Positions 1 through 9,194 of a stretch of DNA of 13,959 nt are shown here, piece after piece. The number at the start of each line of letters is the position of its first letter. The stretch's first letter is position 1. A program made the position numbers and the translations under genes. Under the pieces are notes generated by a model that ran no database searches, was not told where the DNA came from, and saw only the letters and a list, made by a program, of their open reading frames with translations. This stretch comes from Promethearchaeota archaeon (GTDB lineage: Archaea > Asgardarchaeota > Thorarchaeia > Thorarchaeales > Thorarchaeaceae): assembly GCA_048939765.1 (NCBI GenBank), contig JBHLPF010000044.1, forward strand, positions 3,950 to 17,908. Direction: 5' to 3'.

Positions 1-158
1 TCCTATGGATACTAGCTGTTTTCCCGATCCTGCCACTCCTTGAGAGCATGGATTCTTCTCTCCAACCTTGGTTTTGGGGCATCTCGTTAGGAACCCTGAC
101 TATCATCCTTATTGGAATCGGCTTGGAATTCGGGGATAGAACTCATTCAAGAGAATAG
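1..158 (+). CDS. 3' end of a membrane protein (partial, begins before the window)
   Basis: Frame 3 is open from the edge: LWILAVFPILPLLESMDSSLQPWFWGISLGTLTIILIGIGLEFGDRTHSRE, TAG at 156-158. It has two hydrophobic segments and converges on the M50 gene stop at 176. Confidence 0.65.
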   Translation, partial: LWILAVFPILPLLESMDSSLQPWFWGISLGTLTIILIGIGLEFGDRTHSRE

Positions 159-175
159 GCGTTTCTATGGGACAT

Positions 176-1393
176 TCAAAAGAAGCCGACCATCTCCCAG
201 AGTGGTGGAATACAAAGGACTAGTATTATCATTGAGATGACGAAGAGCACCTTTCTCCAGAGAGGAATCTCTATTGTGTCGTTCAGCGGCCCCGGATGCT
301 CCCCGCCTTGCGAAATGAATAGGATAAGGAGGGCCATTAAATAGTAGCCAGCTAGCAGCATGACCACAATTCCTGCCCAACCAATGTACTTGTGGTTCTT
401 TCCTCCAACAATCGCACGCAGTGCATGCCCTCCATCGAGCTGAGAAATAGGGAAGAGGTTCAGAGATGTAATGAGCATTCCAATCCAGCTGGCAAATGCA
501 ACAGGATGCATGTAGAGGGTCCCTCCTGCTGGGATGAAGTCAGCAAACAAGATTTCCATCAATTGAAAGAGAAGTGGGACTCCGATGGAACCTGACATTC
601 CTGGGTAGGCTGCATCGAGGGCAGCAATCTGTTCAGCTGTAACAGGGACCGATAGAAAGAAGCCCCAGATCAGGACAAAAAGCGTGACAACAAAGCCGGC
701 TAGCGGCCCGGCAACTCCCATGTCAAATAGGTCCCTTCGATTGTAGGGCGGACTCTTCTGCTGAATGAAAGCACCAAAAGTGCCGCCAATTTGAGGTAGT
801 CCTGGAATGAAATACGGAGGAGTCGCCTCTATTCCTAATTTCCTGCTGGATAGATAGTGGCCCATTTCATGTGTGAAGATAATGCCCATCAAAGCGGCGA
901 TAAAGATGAAAGTATTCCAGAAAACATCAAAAGGGGTCCATCCAGTAGGACCATAGAAGAGTGTTAAGAATATAGGGCTTGTTACTTGCCAGAATCCAGC
1001 TAGAGCAATGGTTCCCATTGTGGCAACAAAGAGACCGTAATTGACTCTCACGTCCGATTTGGGTTGCTTCTCCTTAGGAACAAAGCGGATGAAGTACTCG
1101 CCATTGCTCTTGTCCCTCCATCTGACAACTGGCCAGACTGAGAGTTGTTCGCACCGGTCTGCAATTCCTCTGAACACAAGATCCTGTTCCTCTGTAGATG
1201 GTACAATTCCCTCATGCCATCTTACTGCGAATGTTGGCATACCGTGATAGAACTGCTCATCAAGGACTTCAAACTGATTCTGAAGAATGGTGCTTAGCTC
1301 GGCATGAGTCGGATAGGTAATCAATGTAGTCTGATATTCATCGCCTATAGCCACTTTTTCATCTCCATTGATGGTACGCGTGTTGAAGTCCAT
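176..1393 (-). CDS. Site-2 protease family (peptidase M50) intramembrane zinc metalloprotease
   Basis: HEMGH zinc motif in a TM segment, PYFIP..GTFGAFI, AGPLAG, NLFPISQLDGGH, and multiple TM helices. The true start may be GTG at 1354, which follows GGAGA. Confidence 0.93.
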   Translation of the reverse strand: MDFNTRTINGDEKVAIGDEYQTTLITYPTHAELSTILQNQFEVLDEQFYHGMPTFAVRWHEGIVPSTEEQDLVFRGIADRCEQLSVWPVVRWRDKSNGEYFIRFVPKEKQPKSDVRVNYGLFVATMGTIALAGFWQVTSPIFLTLFYGPTGWTPFDVFWNTFIFIAALMGIIFTHEMGHYLSSRKLGIEATPPYFIPGLPQIGGTFGAFIQQKSPPYNRRDLFDMGVAGPLAGFVVTLFVLIWGFFLSVPVTAEQIAALDAAYPGMSGSIGVPLLFQLMEILFADFIPAGGTLYMHPVAFASWIGMLITSLNLFPISQLDGGHALRAIVGGKNHKYIGWAGIVVMLLAGYYLMALLILFISQGGEHPGPLNDTIEIPLWRKVLFVISMIILVLCIPPLWEMVGFF

Positions 1394-1442
1394 ATCCTAT
1401 GTTATTAAGACTATTCTCATGTGCATCTCAATGTGAGATATA

Positions 1443-3356
1443 TCACAGTGAGAGTTTGTTAGCATAGATATAGGCCCCATGTACAATGTCTAAGAGCCAC
1501 TCATGGCCAGCTGCGCTTCCTAATGCATCGACTGATAACCCTATCTCTTTTGCTGCATCAATGAAGCGTGTCTTTGGCCTTGGTCGAGCTGCCACTACTA
1601 CGGTATCGACGCCTATTAGTGTAAGTTCTTCTGCAGAGCTGACTTGAACATAGTCCTTGGCAATCTGAGCTATCTCCGCGTTCCGGTGCATAATGACTCC
1701 CTTCTCGGCCAAGGCCTTGAGGATCACCCAACGTGTTGTTCGACCGAGATCAAGACCTATTCGTTCACCCTTCTCAAATAGCTCTACAGAGTCAGCGCGC
1801 GATTTCAGAAAGATCGATGCATAGCAGCCCAACGCGTTGCCACCAATGACAGCAACTCTACCCAAATCTACTGGAGATCTCTCAATCATATCTCTCGCTG
1901 TTGCTACATGTGGCAATTCGACTCCCTCTATTGGCGGCACAGAGGTATGAGTACCACCAGCAAACACGATTCTGTCAAATCCAGCATCCCCAATCGAATC
2001 CACGCCGACTCTTGAGCCAAGTCTAAGGTCCACGCCCAAGCGCCTCATCTCTCTCTCTTGGTGAACGACATACGACGCAAACTCGCCCCGGCCAGGTATA
2101 CGTGACGCTAGGTTTAGGAGACCACCAATCCGCTTGTTTTCATCAAACAAAGTCACGTCGAAGCCCCGTAAGGCGAGAACTCGCGCAGCTTCCAGACCAG
2201 CTGCTCCAGCTCCGACGATTGCGATGTTTCCTATCCCCTTGTCCCCTAGCTTTCTATTCAGCTCATATCCTGCTTCAGGATTAATTGCACAGGTGACTGG
2301 CTGAAGCTGGAACACCATGTCTAGACAGCCTTGATTGCATCCAATGCAGGTGCGGATTTTATGAACCTCTCCAGAACGGATCTTTTCCATTATCGCGGAG
2401 TCTGAGAGAAAGCCTCTACACATGCCAATAAGGTCTGCCTTTCCTCTTGCAAGAATTCGTTCTGCTACCGTGGGGCTATTTATTCTATTGCAGGCTACCA
2501 CTGGGACATCGACAGCATCCGCAATGCCCTCTGCCAGATATACAAAGTGTCCACGTGGCACGTCCATTGTAAGTTGTGGCACTCGTGTTTCGTGCCAGCC
2601 CCCGGTGACATTGATGCAATCCACACCGGCATCTACTAGCCATGGTGCTAGGACCTTGTTGTCATCCAGAGTGTTCCCTTCCTCAACGAAATCCTCTCCA
2701 CTCATCCGATAGAGAACAGGAAACTTGGGTCCTACTGCATCCCTTACAGATTCTACGACTTCAAGAGCGAATCTAGATCTCGACTCAAGGTCGCCGCCAT
2801 ATTCGTCATCCCTCTTGTTTGTTGCTCGTGCAAGAAACTGATTAATGAGGTACCCTGCTGAGCCAATGATTTCCACAGCATCGAAACCTGCTTTCTTTGC
2901 TCGTTGAGCAGCGAGCCCGAAATTCGCCACTGTGTTCATGATCTCTTCAATTGAAAGGGCGCGAGGGGTTTCTCTAGTAAGTCTGCAGGGTACAGCTGAT
3001 GCTGAAACGGCTTGCTCCCCAAGTATCAAGGAATGGACATATCGCCCTGCATGGTAGAGCTGAGCTGCAACCGGCACATCGAATGAGTGGATTGAGTCGG
3101 TAAGTCTCTTCAAACCTTCAATGTGATTGTCTTCACTGATACCAATCATTGTGGGTCCACTGGACCCATGCCTTTCTGTATAACAACCGCCAACAATTAT
3201 GAGACCGGGTCTGTATTGGGCTCTTTCCCTATAGAACGCCACTAGTCTGTCTGTTACTACACCATCCTCATCGCAATATCCAAGATGAGTGGCAAGGAGC
3301 ACTAGGCGATTCTCGAGCTCAAGAGTACCAATATTAGCTGACTCAAGTAGTCTCAT
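1443..3356 (-). CDS. fadH: 2,4-dienoyl-CoA reductase (FadH-type FMN/FAD/[4Fe-4S] oxidoreductase, Old Yellow Enzyme family)
   Basis: OYE barrel (QLYHAGR, GSAGYLINQF, GGWHETRVP with FadH-type Tyr/His), Fe-S motif CIGCNQGC-x11-C, and FAD motif VGAGAAGLEAA. Start set at ATG 3356, just after the upstream gene stop; the ORF track starts at 3395. Confidence 0.85.
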   Translation of the reverse strand: MRLLESANIGTLELENRLVLLATHLGYCDEDGVVTDRLVAFYRERAQYRPGLIIVGGCYTERHGSSGPTMIGISEDNHIEGLKRLTDSIHSFDVPVAAQLYHAGRYVHSLILGEQAVSASAVPCRLTRETPRALSIEEIMNTVANFGLAAQRAKKAGFDAVEIIGSAGYLINQFLARATNKRDDEYGGDLESRSRFALEVVESVRDAVGPKFPVLYRMSGEDFVEEGNTLDDNKVLAPWLVDAGVDCINVTGGWHETRVPQLTMDVPRGHFVYLAEGIADAVDVPVVACNRINSPTVAERILARGKADLIGMCRGFLSDSAIMEKIRSGEVHKIRTCIGCNQGCLDMVFQLQPVTCAINPEAGYELNRKLGDKGIGNIAIVGAGAAGLEAARVLALRGFDVTLFDENKRIGGLLNLASRIPGRGEFASYVVHQEREMRRLGVDLRLGSRVGVDSIGDAGFDRIVFAGGTHTSVPPIEGVELPHVATARDMIERSPVDLGRVAVIGGNALGCYASIFLKSRADSVELFEKGERIGLDLGRTTRWVILKALAEKGVIMHRNAEIAQIAKDYVQVSSAEELTLIGVDTVVVAARPRPKTRFIDAAKEIGLSVDALGSAAGHEWLLDIVHGAYIYANKLSL

Positions 3357-3363
3357 TGCGTCA

Positions 3364-4200
3364 TCATCCTTCATAATGTGCAAACCAATGCTCAACTGAC
3401 ATCTTCACTCGGTGTTCAGCGCCTTCTAGGTAATAGTCAGGTGTTCTTTTCTCATCGAGGAACTGCTTGGATGTCAAGCCCTCTTCAATGGCACCCTTGA
3501 TCAAATCCCTGAATTCCTTAAGAAACTCCAACTGCTCGATGATCCCCTCAGATCCGCAAAGAGGTCCGTGACCCGGGATTACAACTTCATACTCATCCGA
3601 TAATATCTCGTCAAGACCAGATATCCAGCGGTCTGGATCGCATGTGCTGTCCCCTGCATAGGGAAAGGACTTGTGGAACAGGAGATCCCCGATGAAGAGA
3701 ACTCGCTCAGGCTCCACAATGACAATGGAAGAACCAGCGGTGTGTCCTCCCATATGACGAAACACAACATCTCCACCAAATCTGAGCTCCTCATCAAACG
3801 TTATATCAGGAATATGGACTCTCACCGACTGAAAGGACTCCCATAGATCAGGACGAGTATCCTTGGATTCCTCACCCCAAGCCTTCAACTCCTCTTCAGA
3901 CCACTGACCATCTAAAGCAGCTTCGCAAATCTCCCGGGTCAGGCTAGAACTGATGAAACTCATTGGTTCAAATGCTTGAGCCCCAAGTACGTGATCTGAA
4001 TGATGGTGAGTGAGCAGAATCTTATTGATTGGCAATCCAAACTTGCTTGTCAAGAACTCCTTGGCCAGAGTGCTCTTCAGATGCATCATACCTGAGTCAA
4101 CCATCATAATCTCATCATCAAGCACAATAGCCCCAAAGTTTCCGCCATTCTCTCCAATGACGTCTGCATATACTCTGTCTGTTACTTTCTCAAGAGCCAT
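3364..4200 (-). CDS. Metallo-beta-lactamase-fold hydrolase (cyclase/glyoxalase II-like)
   Basis: THHHSDH (HxHxDH), GGHTAG, FIGDLL and IPGHG motifs. It lies 7 nt from the fadH start, so the two are probably co-transcribed. Confidence 0.9.
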   Translation of the reverse strand: MALEKVTDRVYADVIGENGGNFGAIVLDDEIMMVDSGMMHLKSTLAKEFLTSKFGLPINKILLTHHHSDHVLGAQAFEPMSFISSSLTREICEAALDGQWSEEELKAWGEESKDTRPDLWESFQSVRVHIPDITFDEELRFGGDVVFRHMGGHTAGSSIVIVEPERVLFIGDLLFHKSFPYAGDSTCDPDRWISGLDEILSDEYEVVIPGHGPLCGSEGIIEQLEFLKEFRDLIKGAIEEGLTSKQFLDEKRTPDYYLEGAEHRVKMSVEHWFAHYEG

Positions 4201-4281
4201 GAGAATGACACAGCGGCCTCTCTGATATAGTTCTCCATCCGATGCTGGAGTATTGGAAGGTAGACGCGGCAGTTGAGTCTT

Positions 4282-4716
4282 CTACTTTGAACGCCACTCT
4301 CTCAAAGTCCAGAGAACGAGGATTAAGTAGTAAGCTGCTACTGCAACAAGGTAAATCAAGACCATCCCTATAGCTGTGTTTGCAGCCTCAGTGCTCAGCA
4401 TATCTGCAAAAACAACCATCAAGAACACTGCAAGAAAGAGATTGACGACGAGAAATACAATGAAGGTGAAAAGACTCATTCCCGACTTGTACAAGTTTCT
4501 TGCTAGCTCGGCACCGGTAATCGCCATCATTGCGCCAACAAGCCAATATAATGTGAAAGCGCGATTTTGAACGTCGAGATTCAGACTGCCAAATGTGATA
4601 GACAGAAACAGCAGGACTGCAGCTAGAATGACCATTGAGCCATAGATACTTCCCAATACCTTGGAAATCTCAGTTCCATCTCCTTGACCAGACATATCTA
4701 TCATGTCTCCACACAC
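4282..4716 (-). CDS. Hypothetical integral membrane protein (about 4 TM helices)
   Basis: Four hydrophobic stretches and a basic C-terminus (REWRSK). It fills the gap between neighbours. The likely start is ATG 4695 (or 4704) after GGAGA. Confidence 0.75.
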   Translation of the reverse strand: MCGDMIDMSGQGDGTEISKVLGSIYGSMVILAAVLLFLSITFGSLNLDVQNRAFTLYWLVGAMMAITGAELARNLYKSGMSLFTFIVFLVVNLFLAVFLMVVFADMLSTEAANTAIGMVLIYLVAVAAYYLILVLWTLREWRSK

Positions 4717-4826
4717 GAATTAGATACATATTGTGAGGAATCACGCTTTGACTTTTTCGGCCGAATTAATGGATACATCACTAGGTTTTAGTCTGCTCAA
4801 GTGAACGCAAGATTGAGTGAAGATAA

Positions 4827-5171
4827 ATGGCTAAGACTCGAAAAGACCTCGCTACGTTGACTTGCGTACCATGCAGAGGAGGAATCCCTCCATTGGATAC
4901 CCCAAGAATCAATGAGATGATGAACATTGTTCCAGGGTGGACTCTGCAGAGAGAAGGCATTGACAGAATCGAGAAGGTGTTCAAGTTCAAGAATTTCAAG
5001 AAGGCGATGATTTTTGTAAATCGGGTGGCTGATATAGCAAATGAGCAAGACCATCATCCTGACATTTTCATTCACTGGAATGAAGTGACCCTGACATTAT
5101 ACACTCATGCAATCAAAGGGCTACATGACAATGACTTCATCATTGCTGCGAAGATTGACGAACTAAAATAG
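4827..5171 (+). CDS. phhB: Pterin-4a-carbinolamine dehydratase (PCD/PhhB family)
   Basis: FKFKNF, DHHPDI, YTH..GL..NDFI.AAKID signature and N-terminal CVPC.GG.PPL. GAGTGA lies upstream of the ATG. Confidence 0.92.
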   Translation: MAKTRKDLATLTCVPCRGGIPPLDTPRINEMMNIVPGWTLQREGIDRIEKVFKFKNFKKAMIFVNRVADIANEQDHHPDIFIHWNEVTLTLYTHAIKGLHDNDFIIAAKIDELK

Positions 5172-5175
5172 AGTG

Positions 5176-6786
5176 TCAACCAAACGACCATAACATCGTT
5201 AGGATTGCGGTGGCCAGCGTCATGAGCACAGCAACCACTGCCCCGTACTTGATGACTTCTCCCTCAATCCCAATCTCGTCAATCACTGCCGCCGCGTTCT
5301 GAATCTTAGCAGGACTGAGCACACTGGCGAGCCCGCCACCGATACCATTAGCAGCACCAACTACCATCGAATTGGCCCCAATCAAGACGGAGGTCTCGTG
5401 ATGATATCTTGTGAACATTGCGATGGCAGAAGTTTCGGACCCTGAAATGAAACCTGCCAGAAGTCCCAAGAACGGTGCAAAGAGCGGATAAGCAATTCCC
5501 AATCCGGCTGTTGCTGAGGCAAGGAGATACACCATGTTGTTGGTAGGGTCCATACCGTTGGCGGGATCAGTTGGCGAGAGCCAGACTCCGCCTGGACCAA
5601 CAATCCATCCACTGAAGTTCAACACCTCAGCCATGGCGAAGAAAATGGCAGCTGCCAGGACTGGTCTGGGGGCCCTCTTCATGAACTTCGAGAAGGTATT
5701 CTTCAGAACCTGTGAGTCTCTCTTGAAGAATGGAATCGCCACAATCGTAGATATGAGCATCAGAGTGTATGCCTGCCACAGAAACCGAGTGCTGATTGGT
5801 CGCGGATAACTCCCCAGAGTGATGGGGAAGCTCAACTGATTGAAAAGCAAGTCAAAGACGGGAGGTATCAGATTCGTGATGAGACTAAGAACCACAAGAA
5901 TAACCCATGGAATGCTGGCCCGCTTGAGACTCATGCCCTCCTCTACTTGCATGTCCGAATCATCCAAGACCTGTCTGTTTAACATCGGCAGTTTTCTTGC
6001 TCTGGTGTAGATAGTGAGTATCACGAGGACCATTGCGCCTGCGAAGACATTCGTCAATGTGGTCAATGGAAATACGATATTGCATAGAATCGCCATTCCT
6101 CCCGCCGTTAGGCCGCAGATTGCGGCAAGAATCAATCCTTCCCTGTTGAGAAGAAGCTTACGTCCACCGGCAATCCATAGCATAGAGATGGCAATGCCCA
6201 TGCTGACTATTGGCATGAATCCCGCAAATGCAGCACCTGACTCTTGAAGTGTGATAGGAGCAGCCCATTGAGAATACTCCCCTCTAAAGACAACAGCAGG
6301 CACTCCAAGGAGAGCATAAGTTGTCAGAGGATCGTAGCCAATAGATGGAAGGGCCACAGCAACCAGCGGCGAGAAACCCAAAGCTAGCATTACAGGGGGC
6401 AACATAGAAACAGGAGTCGCTCCAATTCCTACCAAGAATAGGCCTAGACCAAACGAGATGGCAAGAATCTGCATTGGTCGGCTTCCTCCACCAAGCGTCT
6501 TAAAGAACACAATCAATCTCTGAAGAGCCCCGGTCTCTTGCATCCAAGTAATCATGAGAATGGATGTGGCCACCATCAGCGAAATGGGGAATGATTTGAT
6601 AATTCCTGCAAGGCTTGACACAAGTGCTATGCCAACATCTGTCTGGAAAGCAATTATAGCTATCAGAAGTGTAAGGAACCATACCACTACACCAGTCACG
6701 TCTGCAGCCTGCTTCAAAATTAGCAACATGACAAATGCGAGTACAATTGGAAAGACAATCAAGAGAAAGCCAAAAAGCGGATCCAT
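5176..6786 (-). CDS. L-lactate permease family transporter (LctP/LldP-like)
   Basis: 536-aa polytopic membrane protein with METGAL-like (QETGAL), GFISGSETSAIAMF and GGGLASVLSPAKIQNA motifs typical of the lactate permease family. Confidence 0.82.
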   Translation of the reverse strand: MDPLFGFLLIVFPIVLAFVMLLILKQAADVTGVVVWFLTLLIAIIAFQTDVGIALVSSLAGIIKSFPISLMVATSILMITWMQETGALQRLIVFFKTLGGGSRPMQILAISFGLGLFLVGIGATPVSMLPPVMLALGFSPLVAVALPSIGYDPLTTYALLGVPAVVFRGEYSQWAAPITLQESGAAFAGFMPIVSMGIAISMLWIAGGRKLLLNREGLILAAICGLTAGGMAILCNIVFPLTTLTNVFAGAMVLVILTIYTRARKLPMLNRQVLDDSDMQVEEGMSLKRASIPWVILVVLSLITNLIPPVFDLLFNQLSFPITLGSYPRPISTRFLWQAYTLMLISTIVAIPFFKRDSQVLKNTFSKFMKRAPRPVLAAAIFFAMAEVLNFSGWIVGPGGVWLSPTDPANGMDPTNNMVYLLASATAGLGIAYPLFAPFLGLLAGFISGSETSAIAMFTRYHHETSVLIGANSMVVGAANGIGGGLASVLSPAKIQNAAAVIDEIGIEGEVIKYGAVVAVLMTLATAILTMLWSFG

Positions 6787-6791
6787 TCCAT

Positions 6792-7784
6792 CTACTCCTT
6801 TTTGAGATATCCCCGCTCAAAGTACCAATCTATCGCCCTTTTGAATCCCTCCTCCATGGTCACTTGGGGGGACCATTCCAGGAGGCGTTTGGCCTTTTCA
6901 TTGGAATATACGCGTTGTTGATGCAATAAGTCAACGGATTTTGTATGCCAGAAGAATGTCATCTTTTTGCGATTCTTGAATGGACTAAGAATCCCCATGC
7001 CAATCTTCGCAAGAAGTCTTGGAACTCGCAGACGAGGTGGCTTTACGCCGAGATATGTGGTCATGACTTCAACAAATCTCTCCCAGCTCATCGCCTCATC
7101 GGGCGCCAATATGATCGTGTTGTTGACAGCTTTCATGGGTGTAAGTGCAGCCAAGAAGCCGGATACAACATCGTCAATATGAATAAACATGATCTGGGCA
7201 CTCAGATCTCTCGGTAGTGCTAACACCTTTCCATTATACAGTTCGTGGGCGACTTCATATATGAGGTAAAGGTCCCCTTCACCCATGATGCCAGTTGGTC
7301 GAATAATGATATGATCAAGCCCTAACTCTTTCGAGATGCGTCTGATCGCAGATTCCGCCTCCACTTTGCTCTTCGCATAATCAAATTGAGGCCTAAGTTC
7401 CGTGTCTTCATTGCCAGGAGGATATCTCACCGGTCCAATGACCTCAGTCGATGAACAATAGATGAATCGAGATACTGTCGTACCCGAGCATGCGTTGATG
7501 AGATTGGTAGGACCCTCGATATTCACACGATACAACAAATCGACATCACTTGGATAGAAATCAAAGTATGCAGCCAGATGGACAACTACATCCTGCCCCT
7601 CGACCGCAGTCCTCAGGGATGTTTCATCTAGCATATCGCCCTCGCAGAACCTGATGCCTTCAGGAAGACCTGCCTTGCTGCTTGTGGGCCTCACAAATGC
7701 CGTTACATCCTGACCTTCTTTGACAAGAGCATCTACAAGTTTCCTGCCAATGAATCCAGTAGCCCCTGTCACAAGAATCTTCAT
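6792..7784 (-). CDS. NAD-dependent epimerase/dehydratase (extended SDR, HpnA/3-beta-HSD-like)
   Basis: ILVTGATGFIG Rossmann motif, VVHLAA, catalytic Ser region CSST, YAKSK (YxxxK), and IRPTGIMG. Stop is 5 nt from the permease start. Confidence 0.92.
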   Translation of the reverse strand: MKILVTGATGFIGRKLVDALVKEGQDVTAFVRPTSSKAGLPEGIRFCEGDMLDETSLRTAVEGQDVVVHLAAYFDFYPSDVDLLYRVNIEGPTNLINACSGTTVSRFIYCSSTEVIGPVRYPPGNEDTELRPQFDYAKSKVEAESAIRRISKELGLDHIIIRPTGIMGEGDLYLIYEVAHELYNGKVLALPRDLSAQIMFIHIDDVVSGFLAALTPMKAVNNTIILAPDEAMSWERFVEVMTTYLGVKPPRLRVPRLLAKIGMGILSPFKNRKKMTFFWHTKSVDLLHQQRVYSNEKAKRLLEWSPQVTMEEGFKRAIDWYFERGYLKKE

Positions 7785-7846
7785 GCTGGCATCCCGTCAA
7801 AAGCCCAGCCCTCCATCCAGCATTTATCTGTTCCCACTAGCCGAGT

Positions 7847-8575
7847 CTACAAGAGCTGGCCAATTGATGGCAAGACTTCTCCTGCTTTTCCTGAAACATG
7901 AACATCGGAAACCAGAGTTAGCGGAGTATGTTCGATATTGGCCTCCAGTATCTTGCCACCAGCATGCTTCACGACCAGGGGAAAAGAAGCCGCGGGCTGA
8001 ACCAATGCCGAGGTCCCCACAACAAGTATGATGTCTGCTGACGCAAGCTCTTCATAGACGCGAGCCATGATGCGTCCATCCAGACTCTCACCAAACCAGA
8101 CAACATCAGGTCTAAGCATATTCTCGCATTCAGGGCAAAGTGGAATTCCTTTTGCTGGCGAATCCAGTCGACCATGAAAGCTGCATGAAGTGCACTTTGT
8201 TGCCCATAAATCCCCATGCACTTCCAAAACTTTCTCCGATCCTGCGCGCCTGTGGAGACCATCAACATTTTGAGTGATCAAATGGCTTAGAATCCCATTT
8301 GCCTCCCATTCGGCAAGGGTCGTATGTGCCGGGTTTGGTTCACACTCAGAAATAAGGCCTTGGCGCCATGAATACCATTCCCAAACAAGCTTGGGGTTTC
8401 GAGCGAAGGCATGCGGAGTGGCTAGTTCCATTGGATCATAATTTCTCCAAAGCCCATCTACACCACGGAATGTAGGCACATTTGATTCTCTTGACACGCC
8501 GGCACCTGTTAGAGCAATTAGGTATTCCGCGTCGGAGATTATCTTTGCTGCCTCTTTCATTGTTTCAGAAACCAA
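7847..8575 (-). CDS. cobB: NAD-dependent protein deacylase, class III sirtuin
   Basis: LTGAGVSRES.VPTFRG, TQNVDGLH, HG catalytic His, CTSC...CPEC zinc site, RPDVVWFGE, and GTSALVQPAA. Start is TTG 8575 or ATG 8560. Confidence 0.95.
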   Translation of the reverse strand: MVSETMKEAAKIISDAEYLIALTGAGVSRESNVPTFRGVDGLWRNYDPMELATPHAFARNPKLVWEWYSWRQGLISECEPNPAHTTLAEWEANGILSHLITQNVDGLHRRAGSEKVLEVHGDLWATKCTSCSFHGRLDSPAKGIPLCPECENMLRPDVVWFGESLDGRIMARVYEELASADIILVVGTSALVQPAASFPLVVKHAGGKILEANIEHTPLTLVSDVHVSGKAGEVLPSIGQLL

Positions 8576-8666
8576 GCACTTCCACCATCTATATTCGTGA
8601 ACTGAAACCTCTTAACTCGTTTTATGCCACTTTGTTAATCCAGGAACCCTGCCCTCGCCATCATGC

Positions 8667-8672
8667 TTATAT
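8667..8672 (+). promoter_or_regulatory. Candidate TATA box for the HTH-iscS-like operon
   Basis: TTATAT about 55 nt upstream of the probable ATG 8726. Typical archaeal spacing would put the transcription start near 8695, inside the inverted repeat. Confidence 0.4.
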
Positions 8673-8682
8673 GGAACCATTC

Positions 8683-8711
8683 TTCACTATTGTGAATGAA
8701 ACAATAGTGAA
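8683..8711. promoter_or_regulatory. 11-bp perfect inverted repeat, putative operator
   Basis: TTCACTATTGT-gaatgaa-ACAATAGTGAA. It includes the near-palindrome TTCACTATTGTGAA (8683-8696) and lies between the candidate TATA box and the RBS (GAGGGT) of an HTH regulator gene. Confidence 0.65.
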
Positions 8712-8725
8712 TGAGGGTCAGATGG

Positions 8726-9187
8726 ATGTCAGAGTCGAAACCTAAGCAGCGGAAAGTTAGAAAGTGGTTGATGCCTCAAGAGGTGGAAGTCTGGTATGTT
8801 CTCCCTGCAATAAGAAGAGAGCTTGCTAAGGTGATGAAGTTTGATAGAGGCCAAGCTCAGAAGACCATTGCCCGCATGCTCGGAGTGACAGAGCCAGCTG
8901 TAACTCAATATATGCTCAGCAAGAAGGACAAGCCTAAACGATCCAGAGGCGATCAAGTGGACATTCCTGACAGTCTAAAGCCCGAGCTTCTCAAGTCGGC
9001 GGATGAAATGATTGAAGCTTGGAGCAAGACAGACCCACGTGATCCAAGTGACCACGCCTATGAAACTACAACAAGAGAGATAAATCGCCTCATTGAGGTC
9101 TTGCGGGATGACGGAGATCTGTGTGACATCCACAGAGAGCACTGCGAAGGCGTCCACATGGACTGCAATGCATGCAAAACGGAGTAA
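8726..9187 (+). CDS. Archaeal HTH transcriptional regulator (COG2522-like) with Cys/His-rich C-terminus
   Basis: MPQEVEVWYVLPAIRRELAK, HTH AQKTIARMLGVTEPAVTQY, SRG, and C-terminal CDIHREHCEGVHMDCNAC. ATG 8726 was chosen because it follows GAGGGT; the ORF track starts at 8711. Confidence 0.85.
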   Translation: MSESKPKQRKVRKWLMPQEVEVWYVLPAIRRELAKVMKFDRGQAQKTIARMLGVTEPAVTQYMLSKKDKPKRSRGDQVDIPDSLKPELLKSADEMIEAWSKTDPRDPSDHAYETTTREINRLIEVLRDDGDLCDIHREHCEGVHMDCNACKTE

Positions 9188-9194
9188 GATAGGT

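Noticed and set aside
1425-1439. ATCTCA-atg-TGAGAT inverted repeat upstream of the M50 gene
   Set aside because: The arms are only 6 bp and there is no clear match to the 8683 motif.
4716-4778. Palindrome TTCGGCCGAA (4756-4765) and imperfect direct repeat CGAATTA..GATACAT in the divergent promoter region
   Set aside because: They are short, do not recur elsewhere in the window, and cannot be told from chance.
9093-9194. Long N-terminal extension of the IscS-like ORF overlapping the regulator
   Set aside because: Family homology begins at YFDNA. The extension is better explained as an open frame overlapping the regulator's 3' end.
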